DNA of 64,000 nt, from assembly GCF_902713615.1 (NCBI RefSeq), contig NC_052148.1:106199098-106263097 (forward strand), given 5' to 3'. The translations under genes were made by a program, and so were the position numbers. A model generated the notes under the pieces. That model was not told the DNA's origin. It searched no databases and saw nothing but the letters and a program-made list of their open reading frames with translations. Origin of the DNA: Scyliorhinus canicula. Lineage: Eukaryota. Shown here in pieces: positions 49,901 to 57,260 of this stretch (within the stretch, counting starts at the first letter, position 1; the number at the start of each line of letters is the position of its first letter).

Positions 49901-52900
49901 AGACGTATGACTGGGGGGGAGGCAGAGGGTGCTGGCAGGGACGTATGACTGGGAGAGAGGGGGGAGGCAGAGGGTGCTGGCAGGGACGTATGACTGGGAG
50001 AGAGGGGGAGGCAGAGGGTGCTGGCAGAGACGTATTACTGGGAGAGAGGGGGGAGGCAGAAGGTGCTGGCAGGGACGTATGACTGGGAGAGAGGGGGGAG
50101 GCAGACGGTGCTGGCAGAGACGTATGACTGGGAGAGAGGGGGAGGCAGACGGTGCTGGCAGGGACGTATGACTGGGAGAGAGGGGGGAGGCAGACGGTGC
50201 TGGCAGGGACGTATGACTGGGGGAGAGGGGGGAGGCAGACGGTGCTGGCAGAGACATATGACTGGGGCAGTTTACTCAGATAGAGTGGAGCGAGGCCATG
50301 GACATATTTGATGATAAGGGCCAGGATTTTAAAGTTGAATTTGTTCATGCACAACAGCCAATGGGACATGAAGACGACAAAGGTAATGGGGTGACGAGAA
50401 TTGGTTGACCATGAATAAAATAATGAAAAGGGGTGGCTGCATTTCAAGGTCACTTTATAAGTGACATCCTGTCTGTCCTGAAAAAATGATTTGCACATGT
50501 TTTGTATAAATCTGTGCTGATGTTCCTTTATTCCATATATTCCATTAATCCTGTGCAAATACTGACTTCATATTGGGATAAACAGGACTTTATCTTTTCC
50601 TAAGGTCAATATTTATGCAATTGAGTAATGCAGCTGAAGTATTTTGTTGAAGCTGCAAAACTCCATCTGATAAGTGAAGTACAGATTAAAATGTCATCGA
50701 CTCTGATTCTCGACCGTGGTTCTGTGTCTTTTAAATTGTGTTTTAATTTTACTTCTTTATAAACATTTTCTGTCAAGTTATGTTGTGAACTGCAGCTAGC
50801 CAAAGATGTGTCAGTGATGCGAGGTTACGGGATAGGGTTGGGGAGTGGACCTAGGTAGGGTGCTCTTTCAGTGGGTCGGCGCAGAATTGATGGGCCGAAT
50901 GGCCTCCGTCTGCACTGTAGGAATTCTGTAATTCTAGTGTAGAGAAGGACATCCAAGCCTGGACTTCCTTATGTTTTGGCAGTGGGTAAGTGTCTGTTGT
51001 ATTGGATACTTCTCACTTGGCACCTGTCTAATGTTGGCCATTGTATTTAAATGAGACAGCAATTAGACAGTGATGCCATATGTCACACATACTATGCAGG
51101 GCTCGTCATCCTGTTCAAACTAAGTTCTTTCAAACTTTGCCAAGAATTATGTCTGCAAACACAAGGGGAGTGAAATTAATTAATGCTGATATCAAGCTGC
51201 CAGAAAATTGGTTGCCTATTTTACAGAGCACTAGATTTTTTTTGGATTGAAGTCCAGGATAAACTGGGTTGCTGACCTCTCCTTGGCATATAATACTTCT
51301 CTGACTAGCCAGTAGACGTCACCGAGTTGATGGACTGGATTTATCTCCGAGTTATTCAACTCTCTTCAAATTCGGTGGTCCAGCTGAACTATTGGAGAAC
51401 ATTGGAGTTTAACCAGTGATATCACTAGAAATTGTGAATTTAGCCACAAGAGATATCAAATCATCTTGTCTGTTTTTTTGGAAAAAATGATTTGCAGATT
51501 TGTCACCATCTTAAAAAGGAATACTTGATGATGTGTAAGAAAGCTGTGGTATATTGGAGGGTTCAGTTGACCTGCAATGGGATTGTATGGTGCCAAATTT
51601 ATGTCACTGTTATAAACTGCTTGGTGGCAGTGAACTTTGGTTAACTTGTAGCAACCCTGCTAATGTGTCAGAGGGTGCAGGGTTTGAATGGCTCTGCTGC
51701 TATTTGTGGCTCTGAATTCTGGATTGATGCCCAGGCGTGTGCATAACTGGTGTACCCAACCCGTCCCCTCCAGCCCAACCCCTCTAACCCATCTGCTGCT
51801 CCTTTTAAAAAATTTTATTTAAAAAAATAAATTTAGAGTATCCAATTAATTTTTTCCAGTTGAGAGGTAATTTAGTGTGGCCAATCCACCTACCCTGCAC
51901 ATCTTTGGGTTGTGGGGACGAAACCCACACTAACACGGGGAGAATGTGCAAACTCCACACAGACAGTGGCCGGGATCGAACCTGGGACCTCGGCACCGTG
52001 AGGCAGCAGTGCTAACCACTGCACCACCGTGCTGCCCATGCTGCTCCTGTAGCCTAGAAAACTTGCAGCATGTAGGACTAACCATCCTATTGGTTTGTGT
52101 AAAGATGGCAGGTGCATTCACATTGCAACTTGTCAGAATATCAGACAGCCTGAAAATCTTTCCTCTACTTTTCCAAGGCGAGATTCATGACCTGAGAAGG
52201 AAACAAAAATGACCATAGACTGCATCTGTATCGTGATTGTTCAATAAGACTCCATTTGCTAGCCTCAGGATAGCATCTTTCTTTGTCATTTTTGTTTACC
52301 TAAAACCTACTAACCACCCTGTAACGATTCTAATTTCTCCGTAACATTTTCGGAAGGGTAGCTCATTCGTGAATATTTTAAAGGTTTCCATCAGTGTTAT
52401 ATTATTCAACTTCTGTCTTTCAGGAGGCTTTAAGATACCCAAAGGAGTCAACGCTATGATAATTCCTTATGCCCTACACAGGGATCCCAAGTATTTCTCA
52501 GATCCTGAGGCGTTTAGGCCAGAGCGATTTTCAAAGGAGAATTCAAATAAAATTAATCCATATGCATTCATTCCATTTTCTGCTGGAATTCGAAACTGCA
52601 TAGGTACGTATGCCTTACAGCAGAAGAAACCTCCTGCTAGAGTACAATACATTTGGAAGCCCAGTGAAGCGATATGTGAATAAGTATAAACCAAAGTTTT
52701 TAACAGAACCATGCTGCTTTAATTTTACATTGTTAAAGCCAAATGTCAGTGTTTCTACTTTGGGTATAATCTGGAATTTGGACACAAGTTTCAAAGTAAA
52801 GTTACAGTTTGGGTTTCCACCCACTTTGATTTACATAATCACTAGTGTAAAATCTTAGATGGATCAGCACAACAATTGGGCAGCCTGATAGAATGTTATT

Positions 52901-55900
52901 TGTTCTTTCAGCTTTAGAAATTATTAATTGTATTAAAGAGTGGCGGCAACCTGATGGTGTTTTATTAATACAACCAACAAAAGCTTTATCCCCAAAACAT
53001 AAACATTTTTGAAAGTACCTAGACTCCCATCTGTGAAAACCTGAGTTTAGATCACTGAAAATGACTATTCAGAATTATTTAGCCGTTTCACTGGTGTACA
53101 TTAGTTTCTTAGTCAGTAAAATATTTAACATATGTAAAATCTTCCTTTAAAATGTGCTGACTAATGCCTGAGTGGCAAAAAAAAGGTGAATTCAATTTTG
53201 ATCTCAAAGCGAGTTGAGGGTTCCAAGGTGGCAGACAGGAATGTGGGGTTGAATCCACAGTCAGATCAGCCATGATCTGAGGGACTGAACAGACAACTTC
53301 TGAAAACAGCATTAAATTTAGTAAACACTCAATTTATGCTTGATGAAACTTGCGTCTCAAATTTTGTGATAATTTTCTTGACGTTCACCAGCTAAATATG
53401 TCCCTCTTTGATAATCTTTTTGGTGATTATGCCTTAATGGCTGTGGGTGGTTTATGTGTTTGATGGATTTGGTAATCACGGGGCAGCAGGGTAGCATGGT
53501 GGTTAGCATAAATGCTTCACAGCTCCAGGGTCCCAGGTTCGATTCCCGGCTGGGTCACTGTCTGTGTGGAGTCTGCACGTCCTCCCCGTGTGTGCGTGGG
53601 TTTCCTCCGGGTGCTCCGGTTTCCTCCCACAGTCCAAAGATGTGCGGGTTAGGTGGATTGGTCATGCTAAATTGCCCGTAGTGTCCTAATAAAAGTAAGG
53701 TTAAGGGGGGGTTGTTGGGTTATGGGTATAGGGTGGATACGTGGGTTTGAGTAGGGTGATCATGGCTCGGCACAACATTGAGGGCCGAAGGGCCTGTTCT
53801 GTGCTGTACTGTTCTATGTTCTATGCTTTGCTGAGATTAATTGCATCTCAGAGAAAATATTCTCGATGTTTGTTGAAAAAGTATTTGCACTGTTGAAAAG
53901 AAAATAATGAGCAATCACTTGTTGCTTAAAAGCAGCCTGTGGCTTGGTTCATGGAGATCATTCACTGGGTTGTACCCTGGACTTCAGCCTCAGCCTCCAC
54001 ACACCAAACTCTCACTGTGTTAGCATTGCTGTGATTCTCCAACTCTGTTAAATAGCTCAATCTTCCCGCTTCCTTTCCCCACAACCTCCCTTTAAGGTTG
54101 ACAGCCTGGCTGCTGGTGAACCACAGAGGTAACTTTGTATTGCTGGAGACCAGATATCTTGAGTTGTATGCAGTGGCAGAGGCGACCTGAATTTCAGTGC
54201 TGAGACATCGACTGATTTCCTCAGCTCTGATTCAGCCCACTGGACGAAATGCCAGAGAAGAACTAGAATTTGCATTTTGGGAGCTCTGCCAGTCCTCATA
54301 ATCAGTGAGCCTGTGTAACTGAATAAAACTCTTATTGTAGAGCACCAGAATATTGTGTGCCTCCTTGGAGAGCCCACTCTAAACACAAAACCACCAACAT
54401 CGCCCCTAAAGTTCTGGCCTTGCAACCTGCACCCTCCTCTTAAATCCCTATTCCTTCCCTCCTCAACCTGATGCTCTATAGCAACTCCCTTCCCTTCCCC
54501 CAACCTCTCATCTCCAGCCCTTTGCTGCTATGTATGTCCATCCTCCTCTCCCCCCCCCCCCAATTACTGGCTGAGGTTGAAATGAAATGGTGTACACTCT
54601 GTGTCCCGTTTGATCCTGAACCAAGCTTCAAACTTCACATTGTAGCCACCACCAAGAAACCCAATTTCTTCCTCCATTGCCACTGAAACCAGGAATGTAA
54701 TAAGCTCCTGGCTAGGCCACTCCAATTCTATTTCTCAATGGCTTTCCAAGCCCTACCCTCCATTGCTGCATCCTGTCCAAAAGGTTCCCATCCACATCCT
54801 AACCTGGTCTAAATCCTGGTCCCCTGTCCTGAAAGCATAACAGCCAAAATGGCAGTGTTTTCCAAAGGGCCATTATTTTGCCTGGGGTTATTCATGAGTG
54901 CCCTGCCTTCTCAACCTTGTCCCTTGTCTGAGGTGTGGTGATCCTCAGGTTAAATCACCACCAGTCAGCTCTCCCCCCTCAAAGGGCAAAGCAGTCTAAG
55001 GACTCTGATGACTTTAATTATCTGCACTCTGGAACATCAGCTGGTTTACCTCCTCAATCATTAACCATGCTGTTAGTCATCCTCTTTGTCACTTGTCCCA
55101 TCTCTCCTCACAGTTCTGTGAAGTGCTTTAGGATGCTTTATGATATTAAACTCACTGGATCAGATTTTCCTCTGAGCAATGAGGGCTTTAAAAATGGTAG
55201 GTGGGACCCAAAGCCAGGATTTTTGCCTGCTGCTGGTAATTTTGAGCAGCGTGGGATAAGGAGGTTAACATTGGGATTGTTAACATTCAGGCTGGTGTGT
55301 CAATGTTTCTAGCACCATTGCAGAACTAGGTATTTTGGACTTTCTGCACTTTTGATGGAATTGGGCTGGTTTTGCCAGGCAATGTGAATTATACCTGTTC
55401 AGAAGTATCATGAACCATGCTTTTCAGGCTGGAACCACAGTACAACAGATGTTGCCAACATTATATGTCATAATGGAACATTGTAGCAGAAGTTATATAT
55501 ATTTTATATAACAGCTCAGGAGGATTTGTTAACACAGTTAAATGGAATGTCAGTTTGAATGCCTGGCTGATTTCCAACCTATTACTGAATTCGGCTCAGC
55601 AGAGGTTGTTGATATTAATCTCAAGGGTGTGTGTGAGCTTACTTATTTTCACAGATTTGAAATGACCTCACAATTATATGGTTCATGAGTGTTGTTTTTA
55701 GTGGATACTGGGTGGGTTATTTGGGGGTGCAAGGGGGTGAGAGGGTAGGGGGAGTGGATAAGGAGGCCTCACACTCATCTGCAGAGCTGGGACGTGATGA
55801 GCCCTTTAACCTGGCTGCCTTGGCATTGACCTGCCTCTGGCCCACTGTGGGAGATGACAGACCCAATTCCAGGCTGTCATTGACTCCTCTGGATGAAAAT

Positions 55901-56223
55901 GGCAGCAGGGAGCACTGCTGGATAGGAGGCAGGGTCATGTTGTCAGGAAATTCCCCTGACTCCTACTACAAAGATGAAACCCGGACCAAAAATTGGAAGT
56001 TTCAGCGATGCTTTGAAATTCTACATCTAATGATTTTTTTTCCAAAAATTTGATTTTAGGTCAAAAATTTGCACTAATGGAGGAGAAGGTAATTTTGTCC
56101 TCCATTCTTCGACGATTTCACATAAAAACAAAACAAAGTCGTGAAGAGCTCCACCTTGTGGGGGAATTGATTCTGCGTCCACAGAGTGGCATCTGGATAG
56201 AACTTCACCACAGAGCACAGTAA
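1746..56223 (+). CDS. CYP4V2: Cytochrome P450 family 4 subfamily V (CYP4V2 orthologue), 11 coding exons, 512 aa; join(1746..1926,3886..3998,7522..7607,15218..15408,30407..30476,31785..31911,33238..33426,42180..42282,48990..49124,52424..52603,56060..56223)
   Basis: Exons found by hand translation. All introns are GT-AG with compatible phases; total 1539 nt. Motifs: N-terminal membrane anchor, WxxxR (KWRARR), CYP4 I-helix [14 protein letters not shown], ExxR (KESLR), PERF, heme loop [10 protein letters not shown]. Exon boundaries and peptides match human CYP4V2 as recalled. Confidence 0.95.
2290..2875. mobile_element. Non-autonomous hAT-type DNA transposon (MITE) with internal GC-rich minisatellite
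   Basis: TIRs cagcgccggctc / gagccggtcctg; perfect 8-bp TSD TGTGTAAT at 2282-2289 and 2876-2883; interior of ggggcggacccgagggcgg repeats. Confidence 0.9.
3040..3620 (+). mobile_element. Degraded LINE 3' fragment; related pieces at about 4080-4480 (-), 12000-12700 (+), 31430-31690 (-)
   Basis: Shared sequence among copies (e.g. aactccctccctaacagcactgtg; caccaccacttctcaa); clade not resolved. Confidence 0.55.
3886..3998 (+). CDS. CYP4V2: CYP4V exon 2 ([38 protein letters not shown])
   Basis: tttag|AT...GAG|gtaag; 113 nt. Confidence 0.95.
5083..5390 (+). mobile_element. V-SINE, (ATT)n tail type
   Basis: Same head, core and tail as 1142-1448. Confidence 0.88.
5841..6955 (+). mobile_element. 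5'-truncated young CR1 (HER1-like) LINE; RT C-terminal ORF 5936-6874
   Basis: [10 protein letters not shown] and FADD motifs, uninterrupted 312-aa ORF, (TATGGTCT)n tail, 9-bp TSD TCTAATCTG at 5832-5840 and 6956-6964. Confidence 0.95.
7522..7607 (+). CDS. CYP4V2: CYP4V exon 3 ([29 protein letters not shown])
   Basis: ctatag|GTG...AG|gtatg; 86 nt; not in the ORF track. Confidence 0.95.
9023..9563. mobile_element. GC-rich PIF/Harbinger-like MITE
   Basis: Ends gggcgggagtatccga / tcggagaatcccggccc (imperfect TIR), internal hairpins, TAA/AAA flanks. Confidence 0.7.
10325..11515 (-). mobile_element. Rex1/Babar-type LINE RT fragment, frameshifted
   Basis: [39 protein letters not shown] and NQKPW motifs spread over broken ORFs. 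Confidence 0.85.
12905..13780. mobile_element. Degraded GC-rich Harbinger-like MITE
   Basis: Shares ggcagtgccagggtg and ccagtttggcaacgcc-type blocks with 36175-36730, 59370-60000 and 60665-61360. Confidence 0.5.
14070..14355 (-). mobile_element. V-SINE, CR1-type tail
   Basis: Reverse-complement head, V-core and tail. Confidence 0.85.
14620..14798 (-). mobile_element. Short SINE without V-core (same family as 56769-56955)
   Basis: Reverse complement closely matches 56769-56955. Confidence 0.8.
15218..15408 (+). CDS. CYP4V2: CYP4V exon 4 ([63 protein letters not shown])
   Basis: ttgtag|T...G|gtgag; 191 nt; WxxxR motif. Confidence 0.96.
16456..17169. mobile_element. CpG-rich Harbinger-like MITE with multiple hairpins (one end truncated)
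   Basis: Right TIR ggagaatcgcgccc; perfect 24-bp stem at 16627-16690; homologous to 26143-26834 in opposite orientation. Confidence 0.8.
17250..18635 (+). mobile_element. Old CR1 fragments
   Basis: [15 protein letters not shown], gttcccacagggc..., tttgcagatga (FADD-like), CR1 tail gatgggctgaatg. Confidence 0.7.
18640..19612 (-). mobile_element. Penelope-like element fragment (GIY-YIG endonuclease C-terminus plus terminal region)
   Basis: ORF 19384-19602 encodes [27 protein letters not shown], typical of the end of Penelope GIY-YIG domains. Confidence 0.8.
18889..19161 (+). mobile_element. Solo LTR (273 bp) inserted in the Penelope fragment
   Basis: TG...CA termini, TATAAATA, AATAAA, 5-bp TSD GTGTG at 18884-18888 and 19162-19166. 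Confidence 0.85.
19931..20712 (-). repeat. ERV 3' LTR (782 bp) with 83-bp U3 tandem repeats
   Basis: TGTAGAAG...TTCACA termini; TATAAAAA 20087-20094; AATAAA 20006-20011; PPT AAAGGGGGGAA 20713-20723. Confidence 0.92.
20758..21635 (-). pseudogene. env: ERV env remnant: signal peptide, Cys-rich module, RRKR, C*VC motif, large deletion, then TM C-terminus
   Basis: [19 protein letters not shown] signal peptide; [18 protein letters not shown] (CWVC with W mutated to stop); joins out of frame near 21127 to [10 protein letters not shown]...WWSW...TM helix and tail. Confidence 0.85.
21680..23023 (-). CDS. pol: ERV pol C-terminus: RNase H end plus full-length integrase (447-aa open frame)
   Basis: HHCC (HFATH...CLIC), D-D-E ([19 protein letters not shown]), C-terminal WDGP motif. 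Confidence 0.9.
   Translation of the reverse strand: MQALMLPDKIAVIKCAAHTKGTGLVETGNRRADEKAKEISKSGKLMVPRMMRQTKTPPPEKSPSEKPMPTIADIIQMQEDAPATAVNMWKNLGCIYDIENKLWVTPVGQTCMTDALAAWVTECVHFATHCGARATGDILLKSWWHPRLQEMAQQISSRCLICQQHNPGTAVPCDPGTTPLPEGPFETLQMDYIELERCQCYKYVLVIVDTFSKWIEAYPTTDNKASTVVKVLMREIVPRFGIPARLSSDNGPHFIGQINKEFCALLGIKQQFHCAYRPQAAGVVERANQTLKTKLAKLQADTGATWLKLLPLALFQLRATPAGKIRLSPAEILYGRPFRTPWDSSVPRNVQFHYMTTEMANYILTLTRILKGLHSRVRATQEEVPSITHDVSINPGDYVLIRNWTRKGLEPRWDGPLQVLLTTPTAVKVEGRNAWVHMHHCKLIKYP
23030..23700 (-). pseudogene. pol: ERV pol tether/RNase H remnant (frameshifted, internally deleted)
   Basis: [36 protein letters not shown]; protease and RT polymerase domain are absent. Confidence 0.85.
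23854..24280 (-). pseudogene. gag: ERV gag N-terminal remnant with PPQ-repeat expansion
   Basis: Lies after the PBS/leader; Pro-rich region as in class I Gag; capsid and NC deleted. Confidence 0.6.
24967..24986 (-). promoter_or_regulatory. ERV primer-binding site complementary to tRNA-Ile(AAU)
   Basis: Minus strand TGGTGGCCCGTACGGGGATC lies 2 nt after the LTR; the plus strand GATCCCCGTACGGGCCACCA equals the vertebrate tRNA-Ile(AAU) 3' end plus CCA. Confidence 0.9.
25302..25626 (+). mobile_element. V-SINE (CR1-type tail) with extra 5' sequence; TSD AATGATCTT
   Basis: TSD at 25252-25260 and 25627-25635 inside the CR1. Confidence 0.88.
26143..26834. mobile_element. Complete CpG-rich Harbinger-like MITE inserted in CR1
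   Basis: Perfect 14-bp TIR GGGCGGAATTCTCC / GGAGAATTCCGCCC; 3-bp CAA/CAC flanks; interrupts the CR1 motif GVPQGS.LGPQLF. Confidence 0.9.
28452..28798 (+). mobile_element. Young V-SINE, near-identical to 53481-53826
   Basis: Full head and core; (TTCTATG)n tail. Confidence 0.92.
28820..29429. mobile_element. Solo LTR (610 bp)
   Basis: TGTTATG...CATGACA termini; 4-bp TSD ACAG at 28816-28819 and 29430-29433; homologous to 38393-38979. Confidence 0.9.
30407..30476 (+). CDS. CYP4V2: CYP4V exon 5 ([24 protein letters not shown])
   Basis: ttctag|AA...AA|gtgag; 70 nt. Confidence 0.93.
31785..31911 (+). CDS. CYP4V2: CYP4V exon 6 ([42 protein letters not shown])
   Basis: attag|G...AAG|gtaga; 127 nt. 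Confidence 0.95.
32343..32670 (-). mobile_element. V-SINE, CR1-type tail
   Basis: Reverse-complement full-length copy. Confidence 0.88.
33238..33426 (+). CDS. CYP4V2: CYP4V exon 7 (VIAERFYK...[34 protein letters not shown])
   Basis: attag|GTG...GAG|gtaag; 189 nt. Confidence 0.96.
35664..35948. mobile_element. Probable solo LTR inserted in a dispersed repeat
   Basis: TGATATG...CATATCA(TCA) inverted ends; interrupts a repeat that is contiguous at 54908-55015; TSD unclear. Confidence 0.5.
36175..36730. mobile_element. Degraded Harbinger-like MITE; inverted homologue at 60665-61360
   Basis: gggcataatttacaggcc...gtagatcc aligns with the reverse complement of the 61360 end. Confidence 0.6.
38393..38979. 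mobile_element. Solo LTR inserted into a V-SINE (SINE halves 38300-38392 and 38980-39155)
   Basis: 4-bp TSD GCAC at 38389-38392 and 38980-38983; same family as 28820-29429. Confidence 0.88.
39190..40840 (-). mobile_element. L1/Tx1-like ORF2 3' fragment interrupted by a SINE (39647-39950) and an LTR-like insert (39979-40380)
   Basis: C-terminal CCHC-type motif [21 protein letters not shown]; homologous to 43890-44760. Confidence 0.8.
42180..42282 (+). CDS. CYP4V2: CYP4V exon 8 ([35 protein letters not shown])
   Basis: catcag|GGT...G|gtaag; 103 nt; I-helix. Confidence 0.96.
42617..42906 (+). mobile_element. V-SINE (5'-truncated), CR1-type tail
   Basis: V-core and gactcgataggccgaatggcc tail. 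Confidence 0.85.
42907..48150 (+). mobile_element. CR1 LINE fragment (42907-43789 and 47871-48150) split by an L1/Tx1 element
   Basis: [14 protein letters not shown] and [12 protein letters not shown] on the left; [17 protein letters not shown] resumes after the insertion. Confidence 0.85.
43790..47870 (-). mobile_element. Degraded, near full-length L1/Tx1-like LINE (ORF1 plus ORF2)
   Basis: ORF1 [15 protein letters not shown] and ELDRVHRS; EN SRI.FF; [17 protein letters not shown]; Cys-rich C-terminus; 16-bp TSD GGGAA(G/T)GCAACTTATT at 43774-43789 and 47871-47886. Confidence 0.88.
48261..48803 (+). mobile_element. Probable solo LTR spanning the assembly gap
   Basis: Starts TGTTATG, has AATAAA near the end, ends ...CCCTCACA; TSD uncertain. 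Confidence 0.45.
48569..48740. other. Assembly gap (172 N)
   Basis: Run of n characters. Confidence 1.
48990..49124 (+). CDS. CYP4V2: CYP4V exon 9 ([44 protein letters not shown])
   Basis: cctcag|GT...G|gtaag; 135 nt; ExxR motif. Confidence 0.96.
49760..50270. repeat. G-rich minisatellite, about 12 units of 36-45 bp (GGGAGAGAGGGGGGAGGCAGAGGGTGCTGGCAGGGACGTATGACT)
   Basis: The TATGACT motif recurs at 36-45-nt spacing. Confidence 0.95.
50265..50410 (-). mobile_element. L2 LINE relic (ORF2 C-terminus)
   Basis: HWL...[22 protein letters not shown] matches the L2 consensus LHWLP...FKILLL..KALHGLAP.YLS.L. Confidence 0.7.
51805..52036 (-). mobile_element. V-SINE, short A-rich tail type (also 63143-63350 +)
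   Basis: Same head, shortened core, tail cccttaattggaaaaa...tactctaaattt. Confidence 0.85.
52424..52603 (+). CDS. CYP4V2: CYP4V exon 10 ([35 protein letters not shown]...[10 protein letters not shown])
   Basis: tttcag|GA...G|gtacg; 180 nt; PERF motif and heme-ligand Cys. Confidence 0.97.
53481..53826 (+). mobile_element. Young V-SINE
   Basis: Near-identical to 28452-28798. Confidence 0.92.
56060..56223 (+). CDS. CYP4V2: CYP4V exon 11 ([54 protein letters not shown])
   Basis: ttttag|GT CAA AAA TTT...TAA; not in the ORF track. Confidence 0.95.
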
Positions 56224-56768
56224 ATGTTTTCAGGAGCAAGATGCCCAATTATCGAAGTACTGGTTAAAATGATACAGCACATTTTGTTGTGTAGTTTTCC
56301 TCCTTCAAACTGAGAGAGAATCATTTTGTGAATCCAAAATATTTCTTATTTTGTAAAATCGTAATTTGTGTGCTGACCTTTGAATTGTAGTACCAGGTAT
56401 TTACATTGTTGCAAGACTGGATTGTTCATATAGTTTTGATTTGCAGTTGCTGCATATATGCCAACATTCATAGGAACGAATGATGTTGCTGATAATTTGC
56501 TGATATATCATTGTGCTCTAAGGCATTGTTACCAGCAGGTATGGGTTAAAGACCAAAAGAGACCATGAAATTGATACTATAATCATGGCAAGTCGGGATC
56601 CTGTCTTAAGGACCACAAATTCTATTTTTAATTGAAGCGAGTGGAAATTAAATTTGGGTGGAGAGTAAAATGGACAACCAAAATTCAAGCTTCTGAGATG
56701 AATTGATATTCTCAAGTGCCTTTCTGAAATAGTTGATTTTGAACTGGTTGTTTAAATTTGCTGTAAAA

Positions 56769-56955
56769 GGGGCTGTTTAGCACAGGGCTAAATCGCTGGC
56801 TTTGAAAGCAGACCAAGCAGGCCAGCAGCACGGCTCGATTCCCGTAACAGCCTCCCCGAACAGGCGCCGGAATGTGGCAACTAGGGGCTTTTCACAGTAA
56901 CTTCATTTGAAGCCCACTCGTGCCAATAAGTGATTTTCATTTCATTTAATTTCAT
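56769..56955 (+). mobile_element. Short SINE in the presumed CYP4V 3' UTR
   Basis: tRNA-like head, tail shared with the (ATT)n V-SINEs, ends in (TTTCA)n. Confidence 0.8.
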
Positions 56956-57254
56956 TTCAATTGATATTTGCAAGTAAATAGAGCAGACAAATCACAGTTT
57001 ATGCTGCTGGTAACTGAGAGCTGGAAGGAACTGAGTATTTGTTCTGCTGTTGAATGCTCTTAAGATGTTTGAACAAATCTCAAAAGCAGATTAAGCACAG
57101 ATTGTGAAAATATCTATTCAGAATATCAATTTTTATGTATCAGTTTAATATTTTTTCCAATGATATCAACTTTTGTTTTCTGTAAAATGGCAGTTCGTTG
57201 AAACATTTGTCAAATCAGTGGACAATGTAGTGACTAAATCCAATTGTATTTTTT

Positions 57255-57260
57255 AATAAA
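57255..57260 (+). terminator. Candidate CYP4V polyadenylation signal AATAAA
   Basis: AATAAA about 1 kb after the stop, in AT-rich UTR-like sequence, followed by a GT/T-rich tract (ttgtgttcttttctt). Confidence 0.5.

Noticed and set aside
49701-50558. 285-aa mucin-like ORF
   Set aside because: Made of a minisatellite plus an L2 relic; no splice or expression evidence.
52571-52603. [10 protein letters not shown] versus human FSAGPRNCIG as a functional change
   Set aside because: This position is variable within the FxxGxRxCxG consensus.
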